Sequence record: SRR9188677_124
DNA length: 64,000 nt
Direction: 5' to 3' (one strand)
Below are positions 29,639 to 39,001 of the stretch, in pieces (positions within the stretch are counted from its first letter, which is position 1; the number at the start of each line of letters is the position of its first letter). A program made the position numbers and the translations under genes. Below the pieces are notes generated by a model. It saw nothing but the letters and a program-made list of their open reading frames with translations. It searched no databases and was not told the DNA's origin.

Positions 29639-30712
29639 GTGGAATTAGAAGATTTAAGAAACAGGATTGACCAACTGGATGATCAGCTACTGGCCATTTT
29701 GAACGAACGCATGGAGCTTGTTCAAAAGGTTGGGGAAGTGAAGCGCTCATCAAAATCCATCATATACCGACCAGAAAGAGAAAAGCAGATTTTGGATCGC
29801 CTTGAGATGCGAAACGAAGGATTACTGACAAGACAAGCGATTGATGCCATTTTCTTCGAAATATTTGCCGTTTCACGTAATTTGGAATTGCCTGAAAGAA
29901 TTTCATATTTGGGCCCGGAAGGTAGTTTCACGCATCAGGCTGCTGAAAGCCGCTTTGGAGCAATGAGTGAATATTTGGTGTTGCCTACCATCCATTCCGT
30001 TTTTGAAAGTGTTGAAACAGGACGCGCAAAATTCGGCGTTGTGCCAATAGAAAACAACCAGGAAGGCATTGTAATAGAAACAGTTGATTTTCTCAGAGCT
30101 AAAAATCTGACAATTATTGCGGAAATGATGCTGCCTATTCATTTCACGTTCGCTTCACAGTCCGATTCGTTGAAAGATATCCGTCGTATTTACTCTAAGG
30201 ATATCGCTTTCAGGCAATGCGGTAAATTTATCAGCGAATACCTTGACGGGAGTGGAGTAGAACTGATTGCAGTAGATTCCACTTCAAAAGCAGCTAAGAT
30301 GGCGGCTCAGGAGCCGGATGCTGCTGCTATATGTTCCTCAATTTCGGCAAGATTGTTCGAAGTTCCGGTGCTGTTTGATAATATTGAAGACAGTGACCAG
30401 AACAAAACCCGTTTTCTGATACTTTCGAAAGACATTGTTAATGCAAAAAGTACAGACGACAAAACGACCATCATTGCTAATCTTCCAAATACAAACCGTC
30501 CGGGTGTGTTATACGAGTTTTTAAAGGAATTTAATGATAGGGGAATAAACCTCACCAAAATTGACAGCCGGCCACAACGTGGGGAAGCAACTTTCAGCAA
30601 TTGGTTTTTGGTTGAGTTTTTAGGCCACATCCAGGATCCTCCGGTGCAGGAAATCATGCACATATACGGGACGCATCTTAAATGGCTGGGCAGTTACGTG
30701 AGGGTATCATAA
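29639..30712 (+). CDS. pheA: bifunctional chorismate mutase / prephenate dehydratase (P-protein)
   Basis: N-terminal CM domain (LRNRID...ER...K...RE), YLGPEGSFT, VPIEN, NKTRF and C-terminal ACT domain NLTKIDSRP. Confidence 0.95.
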   Translation: MELEDLRNRIDQLDDQLLAILNERMELVQKVGEVKRSSKSIIYRPEREKQILDRLEMRNEGLLTRQAIDAIFFEIFAVSRNLELPERISYLGPEGSFTHQAAESRFGAMSEYLVLPTIHSVFESVETGRAKFGVVPIENNQEGIVIETVDFLRAKNLTIIAEMMLPIHFTFASQSDSLKDIRRIYSKDIAFRQCGKFISEYLDGSGVELIAVDSTSKAAKMAAQEPDAAAICSSISARLFEVPVLFDNIEDSDQNKTRFLILSKDIVNAKSTDDKTTIIANLPNTNRPGVLYEFLKEFNDRGINLTKIDSRPQRGEATFSNWFLVEFLGHIQDPPVQEIMHIYGTHLKWLGSYVRVS

Positions 30713-30716
30713 GTAC

Positions 30717-30763
30717 AAAAAATCAGGTCCAAAAGAGGTTATCTTTTGGACCTGATTTTTTTT
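30717..30763. terminator. bidirectional intrinsic terminator
   Basis: Perfect 20-bp inverted repeat AAAAAATCAGGTCCAAAAGA/TCTTTTGGACCTGATTTTTT, including A/T tails, between convergent genes. Confidence 0.9.
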
Positions 30764-30771
30764 GCAGAATA

Positions 30772-32943
30772 CTAGTTTTTAAGCTTACCCCTGTAGAGAA
30801 CTGGCCAGTTTCCGTAGAGTTCAATTGAAGTTTGTGTTCCGTCGGGCAGTTTAATGTTTACCTTTTTTGAAGTGTTTGGCGCCTGAAAACTGTCTACTGC
30901 AAGTACAGCAATCTGGTTCCCTTTCACAACGGACGTTACAAATGGTTCTTTTTTGCTGATTGCAAGCAGCACTTGTTCCTTTTTTGGCTCTCTCCATTGT
31001 CCGTTTATTTCAAAAGGCAAATCCTTATTAACTCCTCCAATCAAAATATCTTCAATCTGTTTTGCCATCCAGTTGCCCAATACGTAATATTCTGTTGGGA
31101 AATCCCAATAGGCAGGCGTATTTGGCGTGTTCGCATTTTTGCGCTTTGTGATTTCCAACACATTGGTTTTCCCATCAGCCGGGTACCACTCTTTTCCCCA
31201 GCCAGCTCCTTCTTCCGGAACATAATATCCATTGGGGTCATTTCCACTCGGACCGCTGTCATTCCAAAGATAATAACCATCAAAAAGGATCAGTGAAAAC
31301 ATAGACATACTCAATGCCTGGCTCGCCGGCATCATTTCCAATTGATTAAGAATAAGCTCACCTCTTGGATTTGTCAGGGTTAAATTCCAGGGAACGATCG
31401 GGTCATTGTAAAGCGGCTGGTACTTGTTCCATCCATAAAAAATAAGTTTATCATTTTTCTGGTAAGGAATCATTCTGCTGATGCGCAGGGAATGAATGGC
31501 AGAAAGTAATACAAAATTGTTGGTTGAATTGCCCTGTTCGTCAGCAGGAAACATCGCTTTTGGATACACATCAACCGGCGACACATTAAACAAATGCTCA
31601 AAACTCTGGCCGTTTGGCAACGGTTCGAAGTTTGGGTTGTTCGACTTCGGCTGATAGTAGTCGTTCACAAATTCCAAAGGATTTTTACCAAAGCTCTGAG
31701 TAATGTGCGGATTCACATACGCTCCTCCACCCCAATAATCCATGATCAACAAATTTGGATGATCCTTCCGAAGCTTCTGTGTATACCAGATCATATTTTG
31801 CTTTACAGCAGGCGTATAATGCTGGTTCCAAAATTCGTAGTCCAATGCATAAACTCCGAAATCGGGTATAGCAGCTAAACTTTCAACCTCAGCTTTTGGT
31901 AAAGAGCCAAACCAGTTTTCATCTCTATCCGCGAAATGATTTGGCGTCGCAGTCCAATGTAGTTTTTGTGCCGGAATATTTTTTTCTGAACCATTTAAAT
32001 AAGCTACCCCACGTTTAAAATAGTTATCCGGAGATACATTTTCGTTCAGGCGATACTGTGCAACGATTTTCCCTTTAATTGGGTCGAATTCAGGAAACTT
32101 TGTGTCAAACTCAACATTGACTCCCTTTGAAGGAGAAAACCAGGCTGGAATTTCGATTTTAGTAAGGGCCGATTTTTCGGAAGCAACGGCTTTCCCGGCG
32201 ACCCAGATATTCTGCTGCCGCAATGAGCGATTTTTTAATTTATTCCACCAGTCGTTATATGGAGCGTCAATCCAGCGCGCCGTAATAGAATACAAATAGC
32301 CGGGTCTCACTTCCAATCCCTTATCCAGGTCATTAACCACGATTCCGTCGATCATGACAACCTTGGTTCGTCCATCAGTATAGTTGGCAAAATCTTTAAG
32401 GAAAATCTTGCCTTCTTTTTGAACAGGCCTTACATCAAGCCAATTGTCCTTACTTCCCTGCCTGATCCATTGACCGGCCTCGAGAATGTCATTAGCACGA
32501 CTTCCGTCAAAGTCAAATGAAGCGGAGGTTTGGCAGCCACTTTGCCCCAAACTTGTTATTCGTATTTCAGCAGATCCGTTTTTAAGATTTACTTCAGGTA
32601 ATGTCAGCCAGATGCCATACCGGTGTGCAACGTTTTTGAAACTCTGAACAGAACCGGCCTGGGAAACTTCAACATCATACGGAGCCAGACCACCAGCATT
32701 TGCAGCAAGTTCGAATTGCATTTCTCTTCCGATTTGCTTGTAACGACGAACCGTAAGGTCGCAGCTGTGGGAAGCGGAATCCAGCGTTTTTGCCATTCTG
32801 GATGTTTCCAAAGTTGGCGTGTAGGAGACGTATTTGGAGGGGCCAAATCTGTTCCAAATATAAACTCCTGTTCCGGTAAGGAACAGGAGGGTAGTACTAA
32901 TCCAAAAAATCGCTGCTTTTGACAAAATCTTTTTTTTATTCAA
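30772..32943 (-). CDS. membrane-anchored hypothetical protein, possible glycoside-hydrolase-like barrel
   Basis: 723-aa ORF with an N-terminal TM helix, beta-rich N-terminal part and YALDYEFW motif. Confidence 0.75.
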   Translation of the reverse strand: MNKKKILSKAAIFWISTTLLFLTGTGVYIWNRFGPSKYVSYTPTLETSRMAKTLDSASHSCDLTVRRYKQIGREMQFELAANAGGLAPYDVEVSQAGSVQSFKNVAHRYGIWLTLPEVNLKNGSAEIRITSLGQSGCQTSASFDFDGSRANDILEAGQWIRQGSKDNWLDVRPVQKEGKIFLKDFANYTDGRTKVVMIDGIVVNDLDKGLEVRPGYLYSITARWIDAPYNDWWNKLKNRSLRQQNIWVAGKAVASEKSALTKIEIPAWFSPSKGVNVEFDTKFPEFDPIKGKIVAQYRLNENVSPDNYFKRGVAYLNGSEKNIPAQKLHWTATPNHFADRDENWFGSLPKAEVESLAAIPDFGVYALDYEFWNQHYTPAVKQNMIWYTQKLRKDHPNLLIMDYWGGGAYVNPHITQSFGKNPLEFVNDYYQPKSNNPNFEPLPNGQSFEHLFNVSPVDVYPKAMFPADEQGNSTNNFVLLSAIHSLRISRMIPYQKNDKLIFYGWNKYQPLYNDPIVPWNLTLTNPRGELILNQLEMMPASQALSMSMFSLILFDGYYLWNDSGPSGNDPNGYYVPEEGAGWGKEWYPADGKTNVLEITKRKNANTPNTPAYWDFPTEYYVLGNWMAKQIEDILIGGVNKDLPFEINGQWREPKKEQVLLAISKKEPFVTSVVKGNQIAVLAVDSFQAPNTSKKVNIKLPDGTQTSIELYGNWPVLYRGKLKN

Positions 32944-32985
32944 AACTTATAAAAAAGGTAAGAACTTGGTTTGCTGAAATGATTA

Positions 32986-33642
32986 TTACCACCAGCGATA
33001 AAATATACCGATTGAACCATTCACTGATGCGGCACCTTTTTCAACATAGTCATATTTAAAAGTTGTTGCCTGATACTTAACACGCACGTCAGCACCAAAT
33101 GAGCCGTCTCTCTTAAACAGGAATTTGGATCCAAGGCCGACTCCATAAGCAGGCGCCGTTTTTTGCCGCTGATCAATCAGGCTTCCATAATACAAAGAAT
33201 AGTCGACAATACTTACTCCACCACTTAATTGAACATAAGGCTGTATTGTGGAAGTTTTTGGTAAAAAATGATAATTAACAAAAGCCTGTATCGGATTTTG
33301 TGAAAAAGTTCTGGTCTGAACAGCCGAAAGCGTTTGCTCGCCACTTTGATATAAAGTTCTTGGCAATCTCTTTTCGAAATAGGACGATCCTATTTCTCCA
33401 CCCAATGAAATAGAATTACGGAAAACCCATTCCAAAGAAATCGAGTAATTTCTAAAAGAAGCCTTGTCGATGTAGGCACTGGAAAATGAACCAACAGGTA
33501 CGGCTCCGGTTAAGCGGACAGTCGCCAGATAATGGGTATAACGCTCATAAGGCGAAGGTAACGTATAAAGTTTTGGTGCTTCCTGAGCCTTAGCCGCCAA
33601 AAATGACAAGGTCAGAAAAGCCACCAGAATTGAGTTTTTCAT
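32986..33642 (-). CDS. outer membrane beta-barrel protein (OmpW/OMP_b-brl-like)
   Basis: Signal peptide, IQPYV...G strand, alternating beta pattern and aromatic C-terminus (GIFYRWW). Confidence 0.8.
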   Translation of the reverse strand: MKNSILVAFLTLSFLAAKAQEAPKLYTLPSPYERYTHYLATVRLTGAVPVGSFSSAYIDKASFRNYSISLEWVFRNSISLGGEIGSSYFEKRLPRTLYQSGEQTLSAVQTRTFSQNPIQAFVNYHFLPKTSTIQPYVQLSGGVSIVDYSLYYGSLIDQRQKTAPAYGVGLGSKFLFKRDGSFGADVRVKYQATTFKYDYVEKGAASVNGSIGIFYRWW

Positions 33643-33644
33643 CT

Positions 33645-34250
33645 TTATTTATTTTTAAGATAAGCCGATTGAGAAAAGATTGAGTCTACCATTTTGTCTA
33701 TGAGCTGAGGGCTTGCGATTCCTGACCCGCGAATTTGCGCATCCCAAACAACCGGGAAAGTCTTGTCAGCCACATTCGGATTTTTAAAATCTACCATCGT
33801 CACCAGCCAATAGCTTTCGCTCGTCTGATAATATTGGTAATAACTTGGGTAGCCATATCCAAAGCCACCACCACCCCAGTAGCTTCCATAGTATGCTGGC
33901 TGAGAAACCACATTTAGCTGCGTATTGGTTACCCACGCCGCATTAATCCCAACATCTGGTTTGTCTTTGGGTGCCACATACTTATAGCCAAGACTTTCCA
34001 TATTGGTAATGATGCGTTCGAGAAGATCGCGGTCAGTATCAGTAAGCGCTGTTCCACTTTGGTTATCTTCCACCACCAAAACAGAATCCACAATGCTGAA
34101 CGTTTTGTACTGCGTGTAATCGGCGGAATTATCTCTGTTTGTTATATAAACCAATGATTCTTCGGAAGATAAATCATTGATAGGATCTTTGGCACAAGAC
34201 AATAGGCCAACCGTTGCGACGAGAATGAAGAATGAAGTTTTGTTTAACAT
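33645..34250 (-). CDS. DUF4136 family lipoprotein
   Basis: Start at MLNK (34250), lipobox LLSC, YKTF, Gly/Tyr-rich loop and VVW motif. Confidence 0.85.
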   Translation of the reverse strand: MLNKTSFFILVATVGLLSCAKDPINDLSSEESLVYITNRDNSADYTQYKTFSIVDSVLVVEDNQSGTALTDTDRDLLERIITNMESLGYKYVAPKDKPDVGINAAWVTNTQLNVVSQPAYYGSYWGGGGFGYGYPSYYQYYQTSESYWLVTMVDFKNPNVADKTFPVVWDAQIRGSGIASPQLIDKMVDSIFSQSAYLKNK

Positions 34251-34598
34251 TTTCAATTTTTTATTTAATCTGTTTATCAAACGAAATTTTATTTTGAACA
34301 TTTTACTTATGGAAATTTGTATGTACTTATTTAAGCTCTATAAATCCTTTGACCGATAAAAAAGTAGATTGGTTGTAACCAAGGTTCATTAATCTTGCCA
34401 GCGCTACCGTACGGTGTTTTATTAAACGAACATAAGGCTATTTAAGTGACCTGGAAACGAAAATAAATTAGTCCCGTGGCAAGGGTTTTTGTGAAAGAGA
34501 TATTAGTATTGCAAAAATTAGGTTTATAGGTCAGCGTTTTAGGAGAATTCTTTTATATTGGAAATGGTAAACAGCCCCCGGGAGCAGAAATTTGAAAT

Positions 34599-35156
34599 AT
34601 GGAAACAAAAGAAGAAGTTTTAAGGATAATAGATGTACTGAACGATACATATGAAAGTGAGGAAGCCTGGTACGGACCTTCGGTGGTGGAAGCGTTGCGC
34701 GATGTAACGCCTAAAATGGCTGAGTTAAGGCTTAGTACCAACACGCACTCCATAGCAGAAATCGTTTATCACATGACGACATGGCGGATATTCGCAGTTC
34801 GCAAAATTCAGGGCGATGCTGAGTTTGACATCAAAACAAAGGATAAGGACTGGAAGGCGATTCCGGTTGTTGATGAATTTGAATGGGAAGCAATTCAGAT
34901 GGAACTGAGTCTTTCGCAGGAAGAACTTATTTCTGAACTCGAAAAAATTACTGACGATAGCTTTCTTGAAGAATATGTTCCGGGTCGGGATTACACTTAT
35001 TATACAATGATCCACGGAGTAATTCAGCACGACGTATATCATGCAGGGCAAATCGGACTGATCAAGAAAGCCGTTAAAGGAATGAGATTGGAAGAAGAAG
35101 ATTTTGGCGCTTTCGACGACCGTTCTGAGTTCGACAAAGACACCGATTATTACTGA
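34599..35156 (+). CDS. DinB family protein
   Basis: AWYGPS, HSIAEIVYH and QHDVYHAGQI His motifs. Confidence 0.88.
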   Translation: METKEEVLRIIDVLNDTYESEEAWYGPSVVEALRDVTPKMAELRLSTNTHSIAEIVYHMTTWRIFAVRKIQGDAEFDIKTKDKDWKAIPVVDEFEWEAIQMELSLSQEELISELEKITDDSFLEEYVPGRDYTYYTMIHGVIQHDVYHAGQIGLIKKAVKGMRLEEEDFGAFDDRSEFDKDTDYY

Positions 35157-35253
35157 CCAATCCTGCGTTAGCAAATAGGAATCTATCAGGGTTCAATTGC
35201 TTACATGTCAGTTGGTTGGCAAGTGTTGAGGTTAGAATAAAATTAGATTTAAC

Positions 35254-35284
35254 AGGCCGTTCGGATTTCGAACGGCCTATTTTA
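35254..35284 (+). terminator. intrinsic terminator after dinB
   Basis: Perfect 10-bp stem AGGCCGTTCG/CGAACGGCCT followed by a T-rich tail. Confidence 0.75.
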
Positions 35285-35338
35285 TGAATTGTCTGAAATC
35301 TGTGCAACATTTGAGACTTAATAACCGATCCCCTTTTT

Positions 35339-36016
35339 ATGAAGATACTTGTTGTAGAAGATGAACCCAAGCTAGCCGGATTTTTGAAACGCGGCCTGGA
35401 AGAACAATCATGGGAAGTTGAATTGGCTTTTGATGGCCAGGTTGGTAAAAAAATGGCATCTAACTACCGTTTTGATGTAATTGTACTGGACGTAAACCTT
35501 CCTGTGCTTAACGGCTATGACTTGGCTAAACAGCTTAGAAATGATGGACTTACTACGCCAATTCTGTTTTTAACCGCGCTTGGTACGATCGATGACAAGC
35601 TGGATGGTTTTGAAGCGGGTGGAGATGATTATCTGGTGAAACCTTTCGAATTCAGAGAACTCATTGCCAGAATAAAAGTACTTTCCCACAGAAACAGCGC
35701 AAGAGAACAGTCCAACCAGATACTAAGCCTGGCGGATCTTGAACTCAATCTGGATGAAAAAGTGGCACGACGGGGAGGTAACAGAATAGATTTGACAGCG
35801 AAGGAATTTGCTTTGTTGGAATATTTGATGCGTAATCGTGGCAGGGTGGTGTCGCGTGTTGATATTGCCGAACAGGTATGGGACATCCGGTTTGATACAG
35901 GTACCAACGTCATTGACGTCTACATTAATTTTTTACGCAAAAAGGTGGATAAGGATTACTCCACAAAGCTGATCCATACTGTGGTAGGGATGGGTTACAT
36001 CTTCAAGGAGGAATGA
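35339..36016 (+). CDS. OmpR-family response regulator (CusR/CzcR-like)
   Basis: VVEDE, LDVNLP, LTA and KPF motifs; wHTH with LTAKEF, NVIDVYI and HTVVGMGY. Confidence 0.95.
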   Translation: MKILVVEDEPKLAGFLKRGLEEQSWEVELAFDGQVGKKMASNYRFDVIVLDVNLPVLNGYDLAKQLRNDGLTTPILFLTALGTIDDKLDGFEAGGDDYLVKPFEFRELIARIKVLSHRNSAREQSNQILSLADLELNLDEKVARRGGNRIDLTAKEFALLEYLMRNRGRVVSRVDIAEQVWDIRFDTGTNVIDVYINFLRKKVDKDYSTKLIHTVVGMGYIFKEE

Positions 36017-37383
36017 ACATAAAGACCCGTCTTACTTTGCTTTTTACCATGTTGGTAGGGTCTATCATGGCGTTGTTTTGCCTGTCCACCTATTTTTTCT
36101 ACGATCAATACCGCGAAAAGCAGTTTTATTCATTTTTGAATGAAAGAGGGCAGACCATCGCGCAGCTTGTCGAAGCCAGCAGCAATATCAGTAAGGACGA
36201 AATTGTAAAGATCGAAAAGGAGAATAACACAGTTCTGCTGGATGAAGAGATCACCATTTACAATGGGGAAGATTCAGTCATATTTACGAGTGGAAAGGAA
36301 AAATACTATCTCTCACAAGCTACTCTAAGAGATGCGAGAAGCGGCAAAGAGGGACATTACAAATTCCAAAAGAAAGAAGTTATTGTGATCCGCCATATTT
36401 TGCAGGATCACAGAAAACCCTGGGTCGTGGTGGCGGTAGCAAGTGATATCCCCGGAATGAATCAGCTTACCCGCCTTCGGGAAATTTTGTTAGTAGGCTG
36501 GCTTTTGTCTTTGGTACTGGTAGGTGTTGCAGGATGGCAGTTTGCCAATGATGCAATTAAGCCCGTTTCGGATATTATAAATCAGGTTAATAATATCTCT
36601 GCCGGTAATTTGCATCAGAAAGTGACAGTAGGGCGGGAAAAGGATGAGCTGGCATCGCTTGCGCAAACGTTCAATTTGATGCTTAACAGGCTCGAAATTG
36701 CTTTTGTAGCACAAAAAAACTTTGTTTCTCACGCATCACACGAACTTCGAACGCCGCTAGCCCTGATCATGAGTGAAGTGGAGGTAGCGATGATGAAGAA
36801 CAGGTCGGAGGAATATTACCAGGATGCTCTGAAAGGCATTCTGTCCGAAGTAAAGGAAATGAATGAACTCGTAAGCAGGCTTCTCGAGCTTGCACGGACG
36901 GAAGAGCACGCATTCAGAGTGACCTTTTCTAAGATCCGGATTGATGAGGTTCTGTGGCAGGCGAAGGCATCCATTCAGCAAAAGAATCCGGGTTACGAAG
37001 TTCACATTCATTACGACAAGATACCTGATAATGAGGAGGAATTGAAACGTTATGGCGATGAAAGTCTTCTGAAAACGGCATTCCTGAACCTGATGGATAA
37101 TGCGTGTAAATACTCGGATAACAATACGGTCAATATTTATCTTGAGACCAAAAAAGACCTTATTACAATATTCTTCAGAGACGTTGGTTCCGGCATCGCC
37201 GCGGGTGAATTGCCCTATGTATTCGATACCTTTTACAGGAGTGCGAAAACAATGAACAAGGCAGGCTACGGCATTGGCTTGGCCCTTACCAAGCGAATCA
37301 TTACCATGCAAGGCGCGAGCATTGATGTTGAGTCCAAAATTGACGCAGGAACAACTTTCATTCTAAAATTTCCACCGTTTTAA
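36013..37383 (+). CDS. HAMP-domain sensor histidine kinase (CusS-like)
   Basis: 2 TM, HAMP domain, SHELRTPL, NLMDNACKY and GYGIGL. ATGA overlap with the RR gene. Confidence 0.95.
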   Translation: MNIKTRLTLLFTMLVGSIMALFCLSTYFFYDQYREKQFYSFLNERGQTIAQLVEASSNISKDEIVKIEKENNTVLLDEEITIYNGEDSVIFTSGKEKYYLSQATLRDARSGKEGHYKFQKKEVIVIRHILQDHRKPWVVVAVASDIPGMNQLTRLREILLVGWLLSLVLVGVAGWQFANDAIKPVSDIINQVNNISAGNLHQKVTVGREKDELASLAQTFNLMLNRLEIAFVAQKNFVSHASHELRTPLALIMSEVEVAMMKNRSEEYYQDALKGILSEVKEMNELVSRLLELARTEEHAFRVTFSKIRIDEVLWQAKASIQQKNPGYEVHIHYDKIPDNEEELKRYGDESLLKTAFLNLMDNACKYSDNNTVNIYLETKKDLITIFFRDVGSGIAAGELPYVFDTFYRSAKTMNKAGYGIGLALTKRIITMQGASIDVESKIDAGTTFILKFPPF

Positions 37384-37417
37384 TTGTCTTTTAATTCGGA
37401 GTTAATACGAGTTTAAC
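37380..37417 (+). promoter_or_regulatory. four TTAA(T/C) boxes at exact 11-bp spacing; candidate OmpR-family binding array
   Basis: TTAAT at 37380, 37391 and 37402; TTAAC at 37413. Confidence 0.55.
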
Positions 37418-37439
37418 ACTTAATAAGGTTTTTTGCATC

Positions 37440-37776
37440 AGAGATCAAACGATCCAATTCCAATGCCGCGAAGCATTTCCGAATGTGCTTGAGATTGCCA
37501 TCGTAATGACTTGGTAAGCCGATACAAATACTAAACTGAAAAAGCGTGGTAAAATTACCAACTAGCAAACTGGCAATTGCAACCATCAGTGGTATTTTAG
37601 GGCTTACTTTTTCTTGAAAATTGACCTAATGATATTAATACCGTAAAGCACTTTCAGATCACCCCCCTGCCGCAAGGGGAAACCCTTAGGGGAAGCGATT
37701 TTGAGTTAAATTAGATTTAGTTAGATGAGTAGTAAGGAAAACTGGCTTCCGAATTTTTCGGAGGCCAATTTTTTTT
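37440..37776 (+). ncRNA. putative small regulatory RNA
   Basis: No plus-strand ORF of note. Several hairpins, an upstream phased-box array and a strong terminator. The 5' end is approximate. Confidence 0.4.
37743..37776 (+). terminator. intrinsic terminator
   Basis: TGGCTTCCGAA-ttt-TTCGGAGGCCA stem (one G-U pair) followed by an 8-T run. Confidence 0.85.
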
Positions 37777-37951
37777 GGACAGCGAGCAGTTAGAGGTTTC
37801 ACGCGGAGTAGGGTAGGTAAACGCAGAGCTCAAAGAGTTTAGAAAAGGTTATAACGGTTAAAGAGTTAAAATGATAGAGAAAAACCTATTCTACAATTTA
37901 CATGACATGAGCTACTCAACGCAAGCGCCATTAACAATTAACAATTGATAA

Positions 37952-38998
37952 TTAATCATTCATCCTGTCCACCCGATGACTTGGCAGGGCGTCCGGAAGT
38001 TCGGCGACGATGAATTCTATCATTTTTTCACGAACGATACAACGAAGGTCAAAAGCCTGGGAAGAGCTTCTTGCCGACATAATGGCTCGAACAACCATCA
38101 TTTGATCTTGCGTATCAGTTACCTGTAACGCCCACGAGCGGCCATCCCAAAGTGGTGTACTGGTAAGAATTTCTTGAAGTTTATCCCTTAATTTTTGAAC
38201 CGGAGTTTTGTAATTCAGGTAAAAGAAGGCTGTTCCTATTAAGTTGCTTTCATTTCTTGTCCAGTTCTGAAATGGTTTTTCAATAAAATAGGTGATAGGT
38301 AATACCAGCCGACGAAGATCCCAGATGTTGACGACGACATAGGTAAGATTGATTTCTTCTATTCGCCCCCATTCTCCTTCTACGATGACAACATCGTCTA
38401 TTTTTATGGGTTGGGTGAAAGCGATTTGAATGCCTGCCATCAGATTCGCCAGCGATTTTTGTGCAGCAAAACCGATTATTACACTGGCAATACCGGCAGA
38501 AGTAATAATGCCAATTCCATATTGACGCACGCTATCGAAGCTTAGAAGCAATATTGAAACACCAATGGTAATGATCAGGATCATTACCATACGCTTGATA
38601 AACTTTACTTTCGTATAGAGTCTTCTTGCATCGTTATTGTCCTCTGAGGATAAGTCAAGCTCATCAATCAATACTTTTTCAACAATGATCACGATCCTGG
38701 TCATCAGCCAGGTCGTCACAGCAATCAGCAATGTTTTACTAACTCCGTGAACCCATTCATATTCAGCGTTAGAATAGGTTTTGGTGGCGGTTGTGATCAG
38801 TACAAGAGGCAGGAAAAAGTACAATACGTTGGTAAGGTTCTGGCTAAGAACTTTTACAATTTTCCAGTCTTTTCGGGAAGCTGTAATTCTTATTACTTTA
38901 ATTAGAATAAGGCTGAGGATGAGCCCGATAAGGCCTGAAATTAAGATGGCAATCCAGGGAGTATTTTTGTAATCCAGTAATTCCGTAAAGTAATTCAT
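37952..38998 (-). CDS. MscS family mechanosensitive channel
   Basis: GFAAQKSLANLMAG, PIKIDDVV and GRIEEI motifs. Confidence 0.92.
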   Translation of the reverse strand: MNYFTELLDYKNTPWIAILISGLIGLILSLILIKVIRITASRKDWKIVKVLSQNLTNVLYFFLPLVLITTATKTYSNAEYEWVHGVSKTLLIAVTTWLMTRIVIIVEKVLIDELDLSSEDNNDARRLYTKVKFIKRMVMILIITIGVSILLLSFDSVRQYGIGIITSAGIASVIIGFAAQKSLANLMAGIQIAFTQPIKIDDVVIVEGEWGRIEEINLTYVVVNIWDLRRLVLPITYFIEKPFQNWTRNESNLIGTAFFYLNYKTPVQKLRDKLQEILTSTPLWDGRSWALQVTDTQDQMMVVRAIMSARSSSQAFDLRCIVREKMIEFIVAELPDALPSHRVDRMND

Positions 38999-39001
38999 TG
39001 A

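Noticed and set aside
37413-37586. 57-codon minus-strand ORF (MVAIASLLVG...) in the sRNA candidate region
   Set aside because: No recognisable motif, and the terminator U-tail and phased boxes point to plus-strand transcription. It cannot be fully excluded.
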